The notes below the pieces were generated by a model. The model was given only the letters and a program-made list of their open reading frames with translations, was not told the origin of the DNA and made no database searches. The translations under genes and the position numbers were made by a program. DNA of 59,988 bases, the filler included, from Globobulimina sp. (taxonomy: Eukaryota), in NCBI GenBank assembly GCA_003354225.1. It is 6 parts of 6 records of this genome, joined end to end, with 100 filler letters (N's around TTAATTAATTAA, not from the genome) between each part and the next. Parts side by side here need not be neighbours in the genome. Positions count along the whole stretch, not along the records: positions 10,225 to 20,259 come from PIVH01000031.1; positions 20,360 to 30,251 come from PIVH01000032.1; 4 more parts are not named here. One strand, written 5' to 3'. Positions 11,330 through 21,637 of this stretch are shown here, in pieces (positions within the stretch are counted from its first letter, which is position 1; each line of letters begins with the position of its first letter).

Positions 11330-11794
11330 CTCTTTAGAACCCCCCCGGAGGCTAACATTTTCAATCCTTTCGTTTCTGTTTCAGGCAAAAAGAAGTCTAA
11401 ACAAACTCACCCTAAAACAGGTAGTCAGACGTTACTCGAAATTGCCTCGGCAAAAGAGAACGCCATAAGACTTATAAAAAATGATAAAAAATGTATATTC
11501 ATTCGACTTACGCAATTAAATATTAACACAAAAAAAGAATACATAACAAATCAATTATTTTATGATTATGAGTTATTGCAGCTGAGAAACATGACATTTT
11601 GTTTGAAAATGTCATGTAATTCAGCTGCATTTACATTTACATTTATATTTATTTTAAACATGTTCAATTCGTTGAATTGCATTATATTGATTGTGATAAA
11701 TTACCCATCCATAAATATAGAAAAAAGCACACATTATTTTGTATACTATATAGAGCCGCATTCCCGCACTATTATTAACAATACGCATTATCGC

Positions 11795-14700
11795 ATGGAA
11801 CAAAAATACTCAGCAAATAAGCCTGAAGTGACAAAGACAAACAACAACAACCAATCAACATCGACCAATGATAAAAGTGACATGAAGAATATTATCAAAT
11901 TAGTATTAAAACCGTCATTGCAGCAACGTAGAAATGTGCCGAAAGAATTGCAGAAATTGTATCATACGAATGATAGTATTGATTTATCAGAGAATGGACA
12001 CATTATCGTGAAGTTTGCAGGGGAATTATGCAAAGTGAATGAGAATCCCGTATGGGATAAGCCGACCAAAGATTTTATTGTTAAAATATTCAGAATGAGA
12101 GCGATGTTCTTTTATCAATTGGATTGGGAGCGAAATATTAAAATTCGCCCAAATAATAATAACAACAACAATAATCAGCCAGAGTTTAAACGTGCTATCC
12201 CCCCGTCGCCAGCCAATACATTTACGAAAAGCGATGGATTTTTTCCTCCATTGATAGATAGGAATAGAGCATCCCTTAAATTATCCCAATATCCCTCTCC
12301 TAAATCCGCCCATAGAATGCGATTAAATAATAAACAAAAAAGATCAAAGAATTCAAGTAAAAATAAGAAAATGAACAAACAATCAAGAAATGAAGACAGA
12401 ATTAGAAATATTAAACGTACCAAAGCGTGCGTCAACTACGAGATCAAAGATAATGGCGATTTTTGGGATTTCCGCTTTGAAAAAATCGATTTAAAGACAG
12501 CTGCGGTGGATTTAGAAGAATTTAAGGCGACGTGGGACGAAGTAAATATTTGTAAAATTAGCAATATGTCGATAACTCCGAATTCGTTGTATATTTATAC
12601 GCCAATATCAATATGGAGAGATTTATTAATTGGTAAATACCCAGATTATGATCGTGCGATTTCGCTGATTTATCAAAATGCAGCGATGGATCATCCAATC
12701 CATCAGTTGGTAATACATGAATTGATACCATCCACGGAAGTGATTAATAACAAAACAAAATTAAGATTGACCCCAGTAAATGGCTCCCGCACTGAAGATA
12801 TATTAATGGATCTTGACTGGTCTGCGCCGTACCCAATGTTCCAGAATAATGCAATCCAAATTGAGTATATTCCAAAGATTGTTGAATGGAGACCGGTAAA
12901 TATGGGAATGTTCAATGTCCCACTCAATATATTATACAACAACTCATTGCCGAGAATATTAAATCAGAAAATAACGGCGAAAATTAATACACATTTTTTG
13001 CTGTATACAATAATCCATGCAATGTTGAACGATTATGATGTACGGAAAATTAAATATAAATCGCTATTATTCCAATTGATTAAACCGTACGAGATCAAAG
13101 TTGAGCGATTAAATGCGATCCATTCAGAATTATGCGATAAGAAATCGATGCCGTCGGCGATGAATGAAGACGAGAATAAAAGTCCGAGCTTAAATAGTGA
13201 CAACGGACAAAGCGATGAAGACCAATGGTACGATAATAAAATAAATGAAATTAATGCAAAATACACAGAAACGATCCAATTAATTGAAAAGTCGATGATA
13301 ACGAATACGGACATTATCGATACAAACAAAATAACGATCCGCCGTTTCTGCAAAGCGACATTCTTCCATTTACAGAATGAGACCGGCAGCGATCTCCCAA
13401 TCCCATCTTGGGTGCGATCTGAAGCTTGGTTTAAAATGATTCGATTGGTCGTTGCAGTAAATTGTATACAAAGTGTTGGCAGACCGCAACGAACAGAATT
13501 AGAATATGAAGGGAAAAATGTGTATCTTACACCAATTACAGTGACCGGAATTAACCCAAAATTATTAGTTGGTGAGGAATCTATGGGTTTGCCGGCAATG
13601 AAATTCAGACTTGGCACTATTACAAAATATTTGGTGTTGGTAAACAACGATTTTTTTACGGATTTTATGCTGACGGCAGGAAATTGTGTATGCGGCAAAA
13701 AATATCCCGGCCATAATGCGTGCCCAGAACAGGCCAACTATTTGGCGAAGGAAATAAATCGATGCAAACAGAGATATAACGCTGGAAAAACAACCAAGAA
13801 GAAGATGGAGGAGGATATTAAGAAAATTGTTGCCCTCAAATGTATAACGTGTACGTATTGGGGACACATTGGTAAAGGATGCAAAAGCAAGGATGTACGG
13901 TGCCTTTGCTGCTACGAATCAGAACATATCCGAACATTGAATATAGAAATTTGTGATGATTCAAAGAATATCCGCGCGCTATTTACGAATTTATTTGATA
14001 TTATGACGAATTTTGAAGAGATTGAATTCCAAAATATTGATCATTATAAATTGATTAAATGCACAGTAAATCAAGATTTAGCCTTGTCGGATTTGTATAA
14101 AGTTATAGTTTCCAACGCAACCAATCAACAAATCCAATTAATTGAATCAAAACAAGATGCCAGTTCAGAGCTGCAGTCCTATTCAGACGCTGTGAAATCG
14201 AATGAAAATGACAGTGAAATATTGAATGATGACGTTGCGAAACCAGGAAATGCAGAAAATGACCTATTTATTACAGACGATGCATTAAAAAACCATGGAT
14301 TGAACGAAAAAGATTTTGATAATGACATTGATTCGGATTTATTTGATGAGGAAAAAACAATTACAATCGAAAAAGACACAATGACGCCCCAGCTGCCAGG
14401 GAAAGATACGAATTATATCCCAGACCCACAATGCATCCCATTCGTCAGCAGCCAGAGTCCCCCAAATGACAATGACACGAATATGAATATTAATATGGGT
14501 ATGATGACAGCGCCGCAATCCGTACAATTTAAACCAGGGACCAACGAATTCTCCAACGACTCACCAACAACGTCACAGACAAATAAATCGCCGCAATATT
14601 CATTCGACGAAATCCCATTAAAACAATCAATCACAAATCAAAGAGGTAGGAAACCACAACCGATGCGCTTACAAATCACGCCAAACCTCCCCAAATATAC

Positions 14701-14899
14701 TAAAGCGCGCAGAGCAAACTCCAGCACATTCCATGGACTGTCTATCAATGATCGAATAGAAACGGTGAGTGCGGAGAAGAAGATATTAAATGAATTACCA
14801 TTTAAAAATATGAGAAATGGATCAAAGAGAGGCAGATTAAGATTAAAGGCAGTATCCACGAATCAGAATAATAATAATAATGATAAACAAGAAAGCTAG
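11795..14899 (+). CDS. Retrotransposon 1 ORF1, gag-like nucleic-acid-binding protein
   Basis: Zinc knuckles CVCGKKYPGHNAC, CITCTYWGHIGKGC (CX2CX4HX4C) and CLCCYESEH...C. Start uncertain: the frame is open from 11576 and ATG 11795 (MEQKY) was chosen. Confidence 0.85.
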   Translation: MEQKYSANKPEVTKTNNNNQSTSTNDKSDMKNIIKLVLKPSLQQRRNVPKELQKLYHTNDSIDLSENGHIIVKFAGELCKVNENPVWDKPTKDFIVKIFRMRAMFFYQLDWERNIKIRPNNNNNNNNQPEFKRAIPPSPANTFTKSDGFFPPLIDRNRASLKLSQYPSPKSAHRMRLNNKQKRSKNSSKNKKMNKQSRNEDRIRNIKRTKACVNYEIKDNGDFWDFRFEKIDLKTAAVDLEEFKATWDEVNICKISNMSITPNSLYIYTPISIWRDLLIGKYPDYDRAISLIYQNAAMDHPIHQLVIHELIPSTEVINNKTKLRLTPVNGSRTEDILMDLDWSAPYPMFQNNAIQIEYIPKIVEWRPVNMGMFNVPLNILYNNSLPRILNQKITAKINTHFLLYTIIHAMLNDYDVRKIKYKSLLFQLIKPYEIKVERLNAIHSELCDKKSMPSAMNEDENKSPSLNSDNGQSDEDQWYDNKINEINAKYTETIQLIEKSMITNTDIIDTNKITIRRFCKATFFHLQNETGSDLPIPSWVRSEAWFKMIRLVVAVNCIQSVGRPQRTELEYEGKNVYLTPITVTGINPKLLVGEESMGLPAMKFRLGTITKYLVLVNNDFFTDFMLTAGNCVCGKKYPGHNACPEQANYLAKEINRCKQRYNAGKTTKKKMEEDIKKIVALKCITCTYWGHIGKGCKSKDVRCLCCYESEHIRTLNIEICDDSKNIRALFTNLFDIMTNFEEIEFQNIDHYKLIKCTVNQDLALSDLYKVIVSNATNQQIQLIESKQDASSELQSYSDAVKSNENDSEILNDDVAKPGNAENDLFITDDALKNHGLNEKDFDNDIDSDLFDEEKTITIEKDTMTPQLPGKDTNYIPDPQCIPFVSSQSPPNDNDTNMNINMGMMTAPQSVQFKPGTNEFSNDSPTTSQTNKSPQYSFDEIPLKQSITNQRGRKPQPMRLQITPNLPKYTKARRANSSTFHGLSINDRIETVSAEKKILNELPFKNMRNGSKRGRLRLKAVSTNQNNNNNDKQES

Positions 14900-15305
14900 T
14901 TTTAGTCACTTAATAACAGGCAACCAACTAAATAATAAATTATGTATTTATTCCCTTATGTTACATATTAACTACTTAATAAATAATGCCGCCTTAAATC
15001 TTCTTATTTTTGTTATATTTTTTGCTTTTTTGCTTTTTAGTGTTGGATCGATAGAAGGAGAATATTTTATATTTTCGGACTTACATAATGAGTGTTCTAC
15101 TCCTTGTTGTCCGTATATTAAACATATAAAATCCTCTACTATCATCCAACTGTTTTGTTTTCAGATATGTTTAAATCGAAGACCAATAATAAAATTTCAA
15201 TTAATATTCTGTAACGTTTATTCTTACAAATTGACTGAAAAACTACAACAAAGTACCATAAACGAAAAAGAAATGCGTGCTTTTGCAATTCTAAAAAATG
15301 GTTAA
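14880..15305 (+). CDS. Small hydrophobic ORF bridging ORF1 and ORF2 (hypothetical)
   Basis: 141 codons; overlaps the ORF1 stop by 20 nt and the ORF2 start by 8 nt; one hydrophobic stretch. Confidence 0.3.
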   Translation: MINKKASFSHLITGNQLNNKLCIYSLMLHINYLINNAALNLLIFVIFFAFLLFSVGSIEGEYFIFSDLHNECSTPCCPYIKHIKSSTIIQLFCFQICLNRRPIIKFQLIFCNVYSYKLTEKLQQSTINEKEMRAFAILKNG

Positions 15306-18300
15306 CTATAAAATAATGCAATACAATATATGTGGGATAATAAACCCGTCCAGAATGTCGGTAGAAGATAAGTGCCGGAAAGTGTATCAAATAATGCTGT
15401 CGAAACAAATTGATTTCCTCCTGTTACAAGAATGGAGCGCCACGCTACGCTATCCACTCAAAACAGGAGATACCCATTACATTGACAAAAATAATAAAAA
15501 ACACCCAATCAAATTCCCAATCCAATTCTTTCCAAATTATAATGTCCACTTTACAGGGACAGAAACGGCGGTATTATACCGCAGAACACTCAATATTACT
15601 CCCCTACAAATGCCACAAAATTACAACCATATAAACAGAACAAAGAACTGCCACATAACCACCATAATACTACACAGCGGCGACCGAGACATAGGAATCC
15701 ACTCTGTTTATAACTGTCCCAATAACCCTAATATAGACCAACTGTTTGACTACCCCCTAACAGTTGACAGCAATATATTTGCTGGAGACTTCAATATACA
15801 GAATGAGCAATGGGGAAGCAACAGATCCACGGTCGAGTCAAACAATTTCATCGAAGGAGCCAATGCTTCAAACCTACAAATTCTAAACATGAATAATCCA
15901 TCGTTTACCCATATCCATAAATCATACGGTACCAAATCATGCATCGATCTAACGTTACTTTCCAATGACTTGAAACATATCCAATGGAATATCCTCCATT
16001 CAATGTACGATAAAAATTGCTCGGACCATATCCCGATTATAACAGCCTTTGAAGTTTCCCATGATTTTGGTTTCGAAGAAAACAGAAAAACGTGGAACTT
16101 GGCGAGTAAGTCAAAGTGGAGTAAATATACAGAAACACTTAGACAGACGTTAGAAGAAACAGTATTTGACCAAGACCCGAATATATATACGGAACAACTA
16201 ACATACCTAATCCTATATGTTTCGGAACAGACGATTGGATATAAAACTTATTATCGCGGACATAAACCATGGTGGAATCGTAAAATAAAGAAACTGAAGA
16301 AAAAGTGCAAGAGACTCAGAAGACGACTACAAAGAATGAAGAAAAACGCAAAGCGCTTAAGATTGGATTTCCATACTTTCCCGAGATATAAACGGGAAAA
16401 ACAAAAACTAAATAAATTCCAATCTATTAAACATAAAAATATAGCTATCGCTAAAACAAAATATAATGATAAAATAAATCGATATATCCAAACATGCAAA
16501 GATTATGGACGCAGATTCTGGCGCACCATAACCAATAATAAATCAAATCAAACAGACACGAATAATATTCCTCCACTGAACTATCATAATAAAAACAATA
16601 TAACGGACCCGAAGGAACAGACGAAGGCGTTGCATGAAGCCATGACCAGACCGCCCAAACCTCCGTCGAATCCGACCCATGATACATGGCATAATTATAT
16701 TAATGAATTTGTCCCAAATTTTCTTGCAAACCATCGCCAAAATCCTGACCAACAAAATAATAATATCCAAAACATAATAAATGATAAAAAAAGTCAGAGC
16801 CTTCTTTCTAATATAAACCGTCCCTCAGATTTCAATACAAACATTGTATTAAATGCTCCGAATTACGAAACATTGAATGGCCCTATTCTAAAATATGAAA
16901 TACATAAAGTGATAAAACGGCTGGATACACATAAAGCATTTGGACCGGATAGAATCCATAATCAAATGCTTAAACACGGCGGAGACTCTCTGATAAACTG
17001 CCTCCTCCCCCTATTCAATAAATGCATGGCCGATGGCGTATTCCCTGGCTATTGGAATTTCGCCCATATCCTCCCAATACCGAAGCCAATGAAGGACCAT
17101 AGTAACCCAAAGAACTACCGACCCATTGCGGTGTCTTCTTGCTTGGGTAGGGTTTTCGAGAAAGTCTTAGCAAACAGAATACAGCACTTTTGCGTGACAC
17201 ATAAAATATTTAAAAACTATCAATGCGGATTCCAAATAAACAGATGCTGCGATGATGTGCTTACCACATTCATCGCCGACATACAAACGTCCTTTGATAT
17301 GGTCAGTGACACTGACGTTGTATTTACGGACTTTTCCAAGGCATATGATAGTGTGTGGCATAACGGATTGCTCTACAAATTAATCCAAAATAATATCACT
17401 GGAAACATATTAAATGTGCTGGCATCTTTTATACAAACAAGGTATACAAAAGTCATTGCAAAAAAAGCCGAATCGAATTGGGTGGCACAACCGATCGGTG
17501 TCCCGCAGGGCTCCGCACTGTCTCCTATCCTATACATTCTCTTTACAAATGATTACAAAATACAGCACCCAAACTTGATACACTTTGCCTGCTTTGCGGA
17601 TGACACGGCGTTTTGGACCAGCCCTGGTTCCAAAGACCCGCTGAGATACAAATTCCTCCAAAATGAGTTGAATAATTTTAGTGCATGGTGTGAGAGATGG
17701 CAGCTCGCCATAAATCCTTCAAAGTGTTCCTCCATAAACTTCTCCCATAGTAATCCTATAAAATACTATCCTAAATATAAAAATATAGTCAATCCGAATA
17801 CAAATAAATTAGAGCAAATTAGCAAATATTCAATCCAATCCAAACCAATAAAATATGATAAAGTTGTGCGATATTTGGGCCTATGGTTTGACGAAAGATT
17901 AAATTTCCAGGCGCATATTGCCAAAATCCGATCAAAAACGCTTAATAATTATTGGCGATTATTCTTTACAATGAAATCCGGTATAAAATTGACTCCATTG
18001 TCAATTTCTATGTTATATAAATCATTGGCGAGATCCCGAATGGAATATGGAATATCGCATTACTATCAATATGACACTAAAAATGTACTCAAAACACTGC
18101 AAAATAAATTCCTCCGATTGGCGATTCCCTGTCGACTGGATTCACCTATGGATATTGTACAGTTTATGTTGAAAATTGAACCAATCGAACAGAGAGCCCA
18201 TTACTTAACGATACGTCAATTAGCCCGGGCCTATTATAATGATAACTACCATCCCCTCCATAGAACGTTCAATACATTGACAAAATACATAAATATCATT

Positions 18301-19647
18301 CGAAGGCATAAATATAGGAAACAGCGTAAAAACAAAAACCAAATATCCCCTAAAAACAATAACAATAAATTCATAAACCTACAGAAAAATTCATTAATAA
18401 TCGCATCCAATTTCTGCCAAAATGATGGGACAATCAAAGCTCTGACACTGAACATAAACCAACTAAAAAAGGCCCAAGTCACTGCATCCCCGACATATAA
18501 TATAGCAAATGTCCCAACAAACTTTGAAGTAATTACAACAACAAATAATCCCAAACAACCTAATAATGATAAAATAATCATCGCCTTCACCGATGGATCG
18601 TGCGACCCAAACCCAGGTAGAGGAGGAGCAGCGGTGGTAATTCCTTCCCAGTTATCCCACCCCCAATGCTATAAAAAAGTGTTCTATTTCAGAATACCTG
18701 TAACAATCACAACAGCTGAGATTGAAGCAGTACACATAATCCTTAATTACGTAATAAATAATACAATAAATAGACAAATACAGTACAAAATATATATTGA
18801 TAATCTACCATTACTCCAATTCATTGAAGGTTCCACCTATCCGAAATACCATGAAACAAAAATATTGATTGAAAATATTTTCCTTAAACTTACACAAATC
18901 CAACAAATAAAACCAAATACTTACATATCATTCATCAAAATAAAGTCACACAGTAATAATAAATTTAATGACGACGTTGATAGATTGGCCAGATTCGCAG
19001 CACAGCATACAAATTATGACCCAAAATTGTTTAACGAAATCTCATATAATACGACAGTTACTCAACTACATAAACAAATAAATTACAGATGGAGCCAATC
19101 TTGGCTTCGTAGGAATACACAACGACACCAAGATAGTTACCAGATGTACCATAATAACCCAAATCTACATAATAAACTGAATAAATTGATAAAAAGAATA
19201 AACAGAGATGAAGCGGCTATGATGAACCGCCTCATTTCTGGACATATAGAATTGAATAGTTTCCTGTTTAACCATAAATATAAGGATTCTGATAAATCTG
19301 TCATTGATTCCCCAAAATGTATTCAATGTAATAATAATTCCAATGAAACCATTCGCCATTACATATTACAATGCCCGGCGTACCAAAACCAAAGAACCAG
19401 GCTAATAGATTCATTATGCAACACCTGGAAGGATTTCAAGGATGGTAACAATATAAATATAGATAACCTATTTTATCCCTACTCCATCCGCCGCCCTCCA
19501 GACATTGACACTGAACTGAAGCTTGAAGTACAAGTAACTATCTGGAAAAACCTCCTTCAATACATAAAAGAAACCAAACGATTTAATTACCTATACCAAG
19601 TGAACCTAATGAATATATGCCCGATCATTTATGATCAAGGAATTTAG
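15298..19647 (+). CDS. Retrotransposon 1 ORF2: AP endonuclease, reverse transcriptase, RNase H, CCHC finger
   Basis: APE: YNICG, LLQE, GDFN, IDLT, SDH. RT: GPDRI, YRPIA, DFSKAYD, GVPQGSALSP, FADD, YLG. RNase H: FTDGS, AEIEA, YIDN, IKSH, NDDVDRLA. Zinc finger: CIQC...ETIRHYILQC. Confidence 0.96.
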   Translation: MVNYKIMQYNICGIINPSRMSVEDKCRKVYQIMLSKQIDFLLLQEWSATLRYPLKTGDTHYIDKNNKKHPIKFPIQFFPNYNVHFTGTETAVLYRRTLNITPLQMPQNYNHINRTKNCHITTIILHSGDRDIGIHSVYNCPNNPNIDQLFDYPLTVDSNIFAGDFNIQNEQWGSNRSTVESNNFIEGANASNLQILNMNNPSFTHIHKSYGTKSCIDLTLLSNDLKHIQWNILHSMYDKNCSDHIPIITAFEVSHDFGFEENRKTWNLASKSKWSKYTETLRQTLEETVFDQDPNIYTEQLTYLILYVSEQTIGYKTYYRGHKPWWNRKIKKLKKKCKRLRRRLQRMKKNAKRLRLDFHTFPRYKREKQKLNKFQSIKHKNIAIAKTKYNDKINRYIQTCKDYGRRFWRTITNNKSNQTDTNNIPPLNYHNKNNITDPKEQTKALHEAMTRPPKPPSNPTHDTWHNYINEFVPNFLANHRQNPDQQNNNIQNIINDKKSQSLLSNINRPSDFNTNIVLNAPNYETLNGPILKYEIHKVIKRLDTHKAFGPDRIHNQMLKHGGDSLINCLLPLFNKCMADGVFPGYWNFAHILPIPKPMKDHSNPKNYRPIAVSSCLGRVFEKVLANRIQHFCVTHKIFKNYQCGFQINRCCDDVLTTFIADIQTSFDMVSDTDVVFTDFSKAYDSVWHNGLLYKLIQNNITGNILNVLASFIQTRYTKVIAKKAESNWVAQPIGVPQGSALSPILYILFTNDYKIQHPNLIHFACFADDTAFWTSPGSKDPLRYKFLQNELNNFSAWCERWQLAINPSKCSSINFSHSNPIKYYPKYKNIVNPNTNKLEQISKYSIQSKPIKYDKVVRYLGLWFDERLNFQAHIAKIRSKTLNNYWRLFFTMKSGIKLTPLSISMLYKSLARSRMEYGISHYYQYDTKNVLKTLQNKFLRLAIPCRLDSPMDIVQFMLKIEPIEQRAHYLTIRQLARAYYNDNYHPLHRTFNTLTKYINIIRRHKYRKQRKNKNQISPKNNNNKFINLQKNSLIIASNFCQNDGTIKALTLNINQLKKAQVTASPTYNIANVPTNFEVITTTNNPKQPNNDKIIIAFTDGSCDPNPGRGGAAVVIPSQLSHPQCYKKVFYFRIPVTITTAEIEAVHIILNYVINNTINRQIQYKIYIDNLPLLQFIEGSTYPKYHETKILIENIFLKLTQIQQIKPNTYISFIKIKSHSNNKFNDDVDRLARFAAQHTNYDPKLFNEISYNTTVTQLHKQINYRWSQSWLRRNTQRHQDSYQMYHNNPNLHNKLNKLIKRINRDEAAMMNRLISGHIELNSFLFNHKYKDSDKSVIDSPKCIQCNNNSNETIRHYILQCPAYQNQRTRLIDSLCNTWKDFKDGNNINIDNLFYPYSIRRPPDIDTELKLEVQVTIWKNLLQYIKETKRFNYLYQVNLMNICPIIYDQGI

Positions 19648-19790
19648 AGTACTTTTAAGTACTTATCTTCCAAAATATTTTATATTTTACTTTTGTTCAT
19701 TGGTCTCACAGCCAAATAAAAAGACTTGTATCCTTGTTTGTGTATACTATTTATTGTAGTGTTCCTCACTTGTGTATGGGTGATATCTTT

Positions 19791-19814
19791 AATTGATTTC
19801 TTAAAGTTTTGAAG
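19791..19814 (+). repeat. Terminal inverted repeat, right arm (24 bp), directly before the poly(A)
   Basis: AATTGATTTCTTAAAGTTTTGAAG, followed by A14. Confidence 0.95.
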
Positions 19815-19827
19815 AAAAAAAAAAAAA

Positions 19828-20001
19828 AGCTATAAGATGACTGAGGACCGTATTTCATTGCAATTATATAGCTATGTATCGTAAAATAAATTAATTTTTA
19901 AAATCACAGGCGTTGAAATGAGTTATTGGAATTTATCCAAACTAATTATCGCATTTATTATCAGCAAAGCTGCATCTTATTCTTTTACAAATGTAACATA
20001 A
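19828..20001 (+). pseudogene. Right TSD copy and 3' remainder of the interrupted 7TM gene
   Basis: Reads SYKMTEDRISLQLYSYVS*NKLIFKITGVEMSYWNLSKLIIAFIISKAASYSFTNVT*, with an internal TAA at 19882-19884. Confidence 0.7.
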
Positions 20002-20259
20002 AAAAGACATTAATGTACGATGCATAGTAAAATAGTGTAACAAAAATGTGCATCGATTATTGTGGTTTATATTGTTGGAGTTAACGTTTGTTTAGGGATA
20101 TAAAATAAATATTTATGGGATATATAAGCAATATTGATATCACATGGACATTGTTTTGAGATTTGTCATTATAAAGTGATAATATGACAATTTTTCTATC
20201 TTTGGTGTTATTGATGCTATGAACTTCTAACTTTGTAAATTTGTTAAATACTTTATTTG

Positions 20260-20359
20260 NNNNNNNNNNNNNNNNNNNNNNNNNNNNNNNNNNNNNNNNN
20301 NNNTTAATTAATTAANNNNNNNNNNNNNNNNNNNNNNNNNNNNNNNNNNNNNNNNNNNN
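20260..20359. other. Artificial contig linker
   Basis: N44-TTAATTAATTAA-N44. Confidence 0.99.
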
Positions 20360-21574
20360 GTTTTCAAAATATGTACAATTTGATTATATTCCGCATAGCT
20401 AGGCATACATCCAGTTTTTTGACATGCAACACCACCCGCAACACATCCGATTTTTAATGCTTTTCTTATCCCTTCAAACTTGTCTGTTTTTAATTTTCTT
20501 TGTCTTATCCATTCCACAGCAAATGCGCCAGTCAATGCATCCCCAGCACCCGTAGTATCCACAATTCTCTCTTTCTCAATTTTCATGGCAGTCTGTTCAA
20601 TCACAGAGCCATCCGCATCTATCCAAATACAACCATTTGAACCCCTCTTTAACAAAATATTCATATCAATATTATATTTTTTTTGCAATTCCTTTGATGC
20701 AGAAATTACAGTCTCCACATTGTCCAACGAATATTCTTTTTCTTCATAAGATAACAATCGTTGTAATTCAGTCTCATTCGGCGATAACACAGTAATATAA
20801 GAATACATCTCTTTGGATATCGGTCTGTCATAACCACCAACATCAAACATGATTTCTTTACCATATTGATTTGCTACACGCGCAATTCGTAAATTATACT
20901 CTTCGGGAATTTCCTAGTAAATATATATTATATGATTGTATGCAATATATTACTATTTACAAAACAAAATTTGACAGATAACTCTTTGTAATAAAATAAT
21001 ATCTGCAGCTTTTATGGCATTGGTTTGCTTTTCATTGAACTTTGGTGGCCAATTCTCATTGACTGCGGCTGAGACTATGATAGATTGTTCGCCATCATCC
21101 AATAAAAATGCGTATCCTTCACTCGATCGTTGGTCTTGTAAATAAAAACAAGTATTCATGTTCACTTTGTATTTACTCATTGTACTTACAATCTGATCAG
21201 AATCCGATTGATTGCCACCCAACGCACTCTTACATGGAGTATATAGTATTTACGTAATACAGTTATATTAAAATATATAAAATAACTATGAAATCAACAT
21301 AAGCTCCCATTTTCCTGCTGACTACAGCGGAATTTGCACCTTTACCTCCAACACCAAAATGGACGCCTTTACCCATTAAAGTTTCCCCTTTGGCCGGTAA
21401 CCGATGGACAGCATAAAATCGTTCAATATGAACAACCCCTGCAACTAAGCAAAGCACTTGATTGGGATCTCTCTTTTCTTCGGTTTCCCGTTCAGATGAA
21501 TATTGTTTGCGTAATAATGATTCAATATTGTGCTCGCTTTTTGAGTTAAAACCACAACAGTTGTTTTGTCCCAT
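20360..21574 (-). CDS. RBKS: Ribokinase (PfkB family), 3 exons, 3' end at the contig edge
   Basis: LPAKGETL, GGKGANSAV, LLQR|EIP, SPNETEL and DTTGAGD motifs. Introns 21229-21286 and 20914-20982 restore the frame. Confidence 0.85.
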
Positions 21575-21637
21575 TATTAATTAAAGAGGAAAACTCTATC
21601 CAGTGCGAACTGACGTAATTAGCAGAAGGTAAGATCT

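Larger units (their letters stand above)
11306..19828 (+). mobile_element. Full-length non-LTR retrotransposon 1 (I/Ingi/Tad1-like architecture: gag-like ORF1; APE-RT-RNase H-CCHC ORF2)
   Basis: Two intact ORFs, an A14 tail at 19815-19828, a 10-11-bp TSD, and a host gene that rejoins in frame across the insertion. Confidence 0.95.

Noticed and set aside
11306-11468. C-terminus of the 396-aa ORF (IFKTLRNQFSLEPPRR...)
   Set aside because: It is read-through into the element's 5' UTR; the real C-terminus lies after 19838.
18592-18630. DPNPGR as a 2A-like ribosome-skipping motif
   Set aside because: It is part of the RNase H DGSC..NPG.GG motif and lacks DxExNPGP. LIGGDINCP in element 3 ORF1 also fails the consensus.
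15061-19688. 15-bp direct repeat AATATTTTATATTTT in the inter-ORF spacer and the 3' UTR of element 1
   Set aside because: AT-only and low complexity; plausible by chance.
11306-19814. DNA transposon or DIRS-like element suggested by the inverted termini
   Set aside because: No transposase or tyrosine recombinase motifs; APE-RT, poly(A) and TSD indicate target-primed retrotransposition.
19882-19884. In-frame TAA as evidence of a reassigned genetic code
   Set aside because: TAA terminates many genes here, and long ORFs show no internal stops under the standard code.
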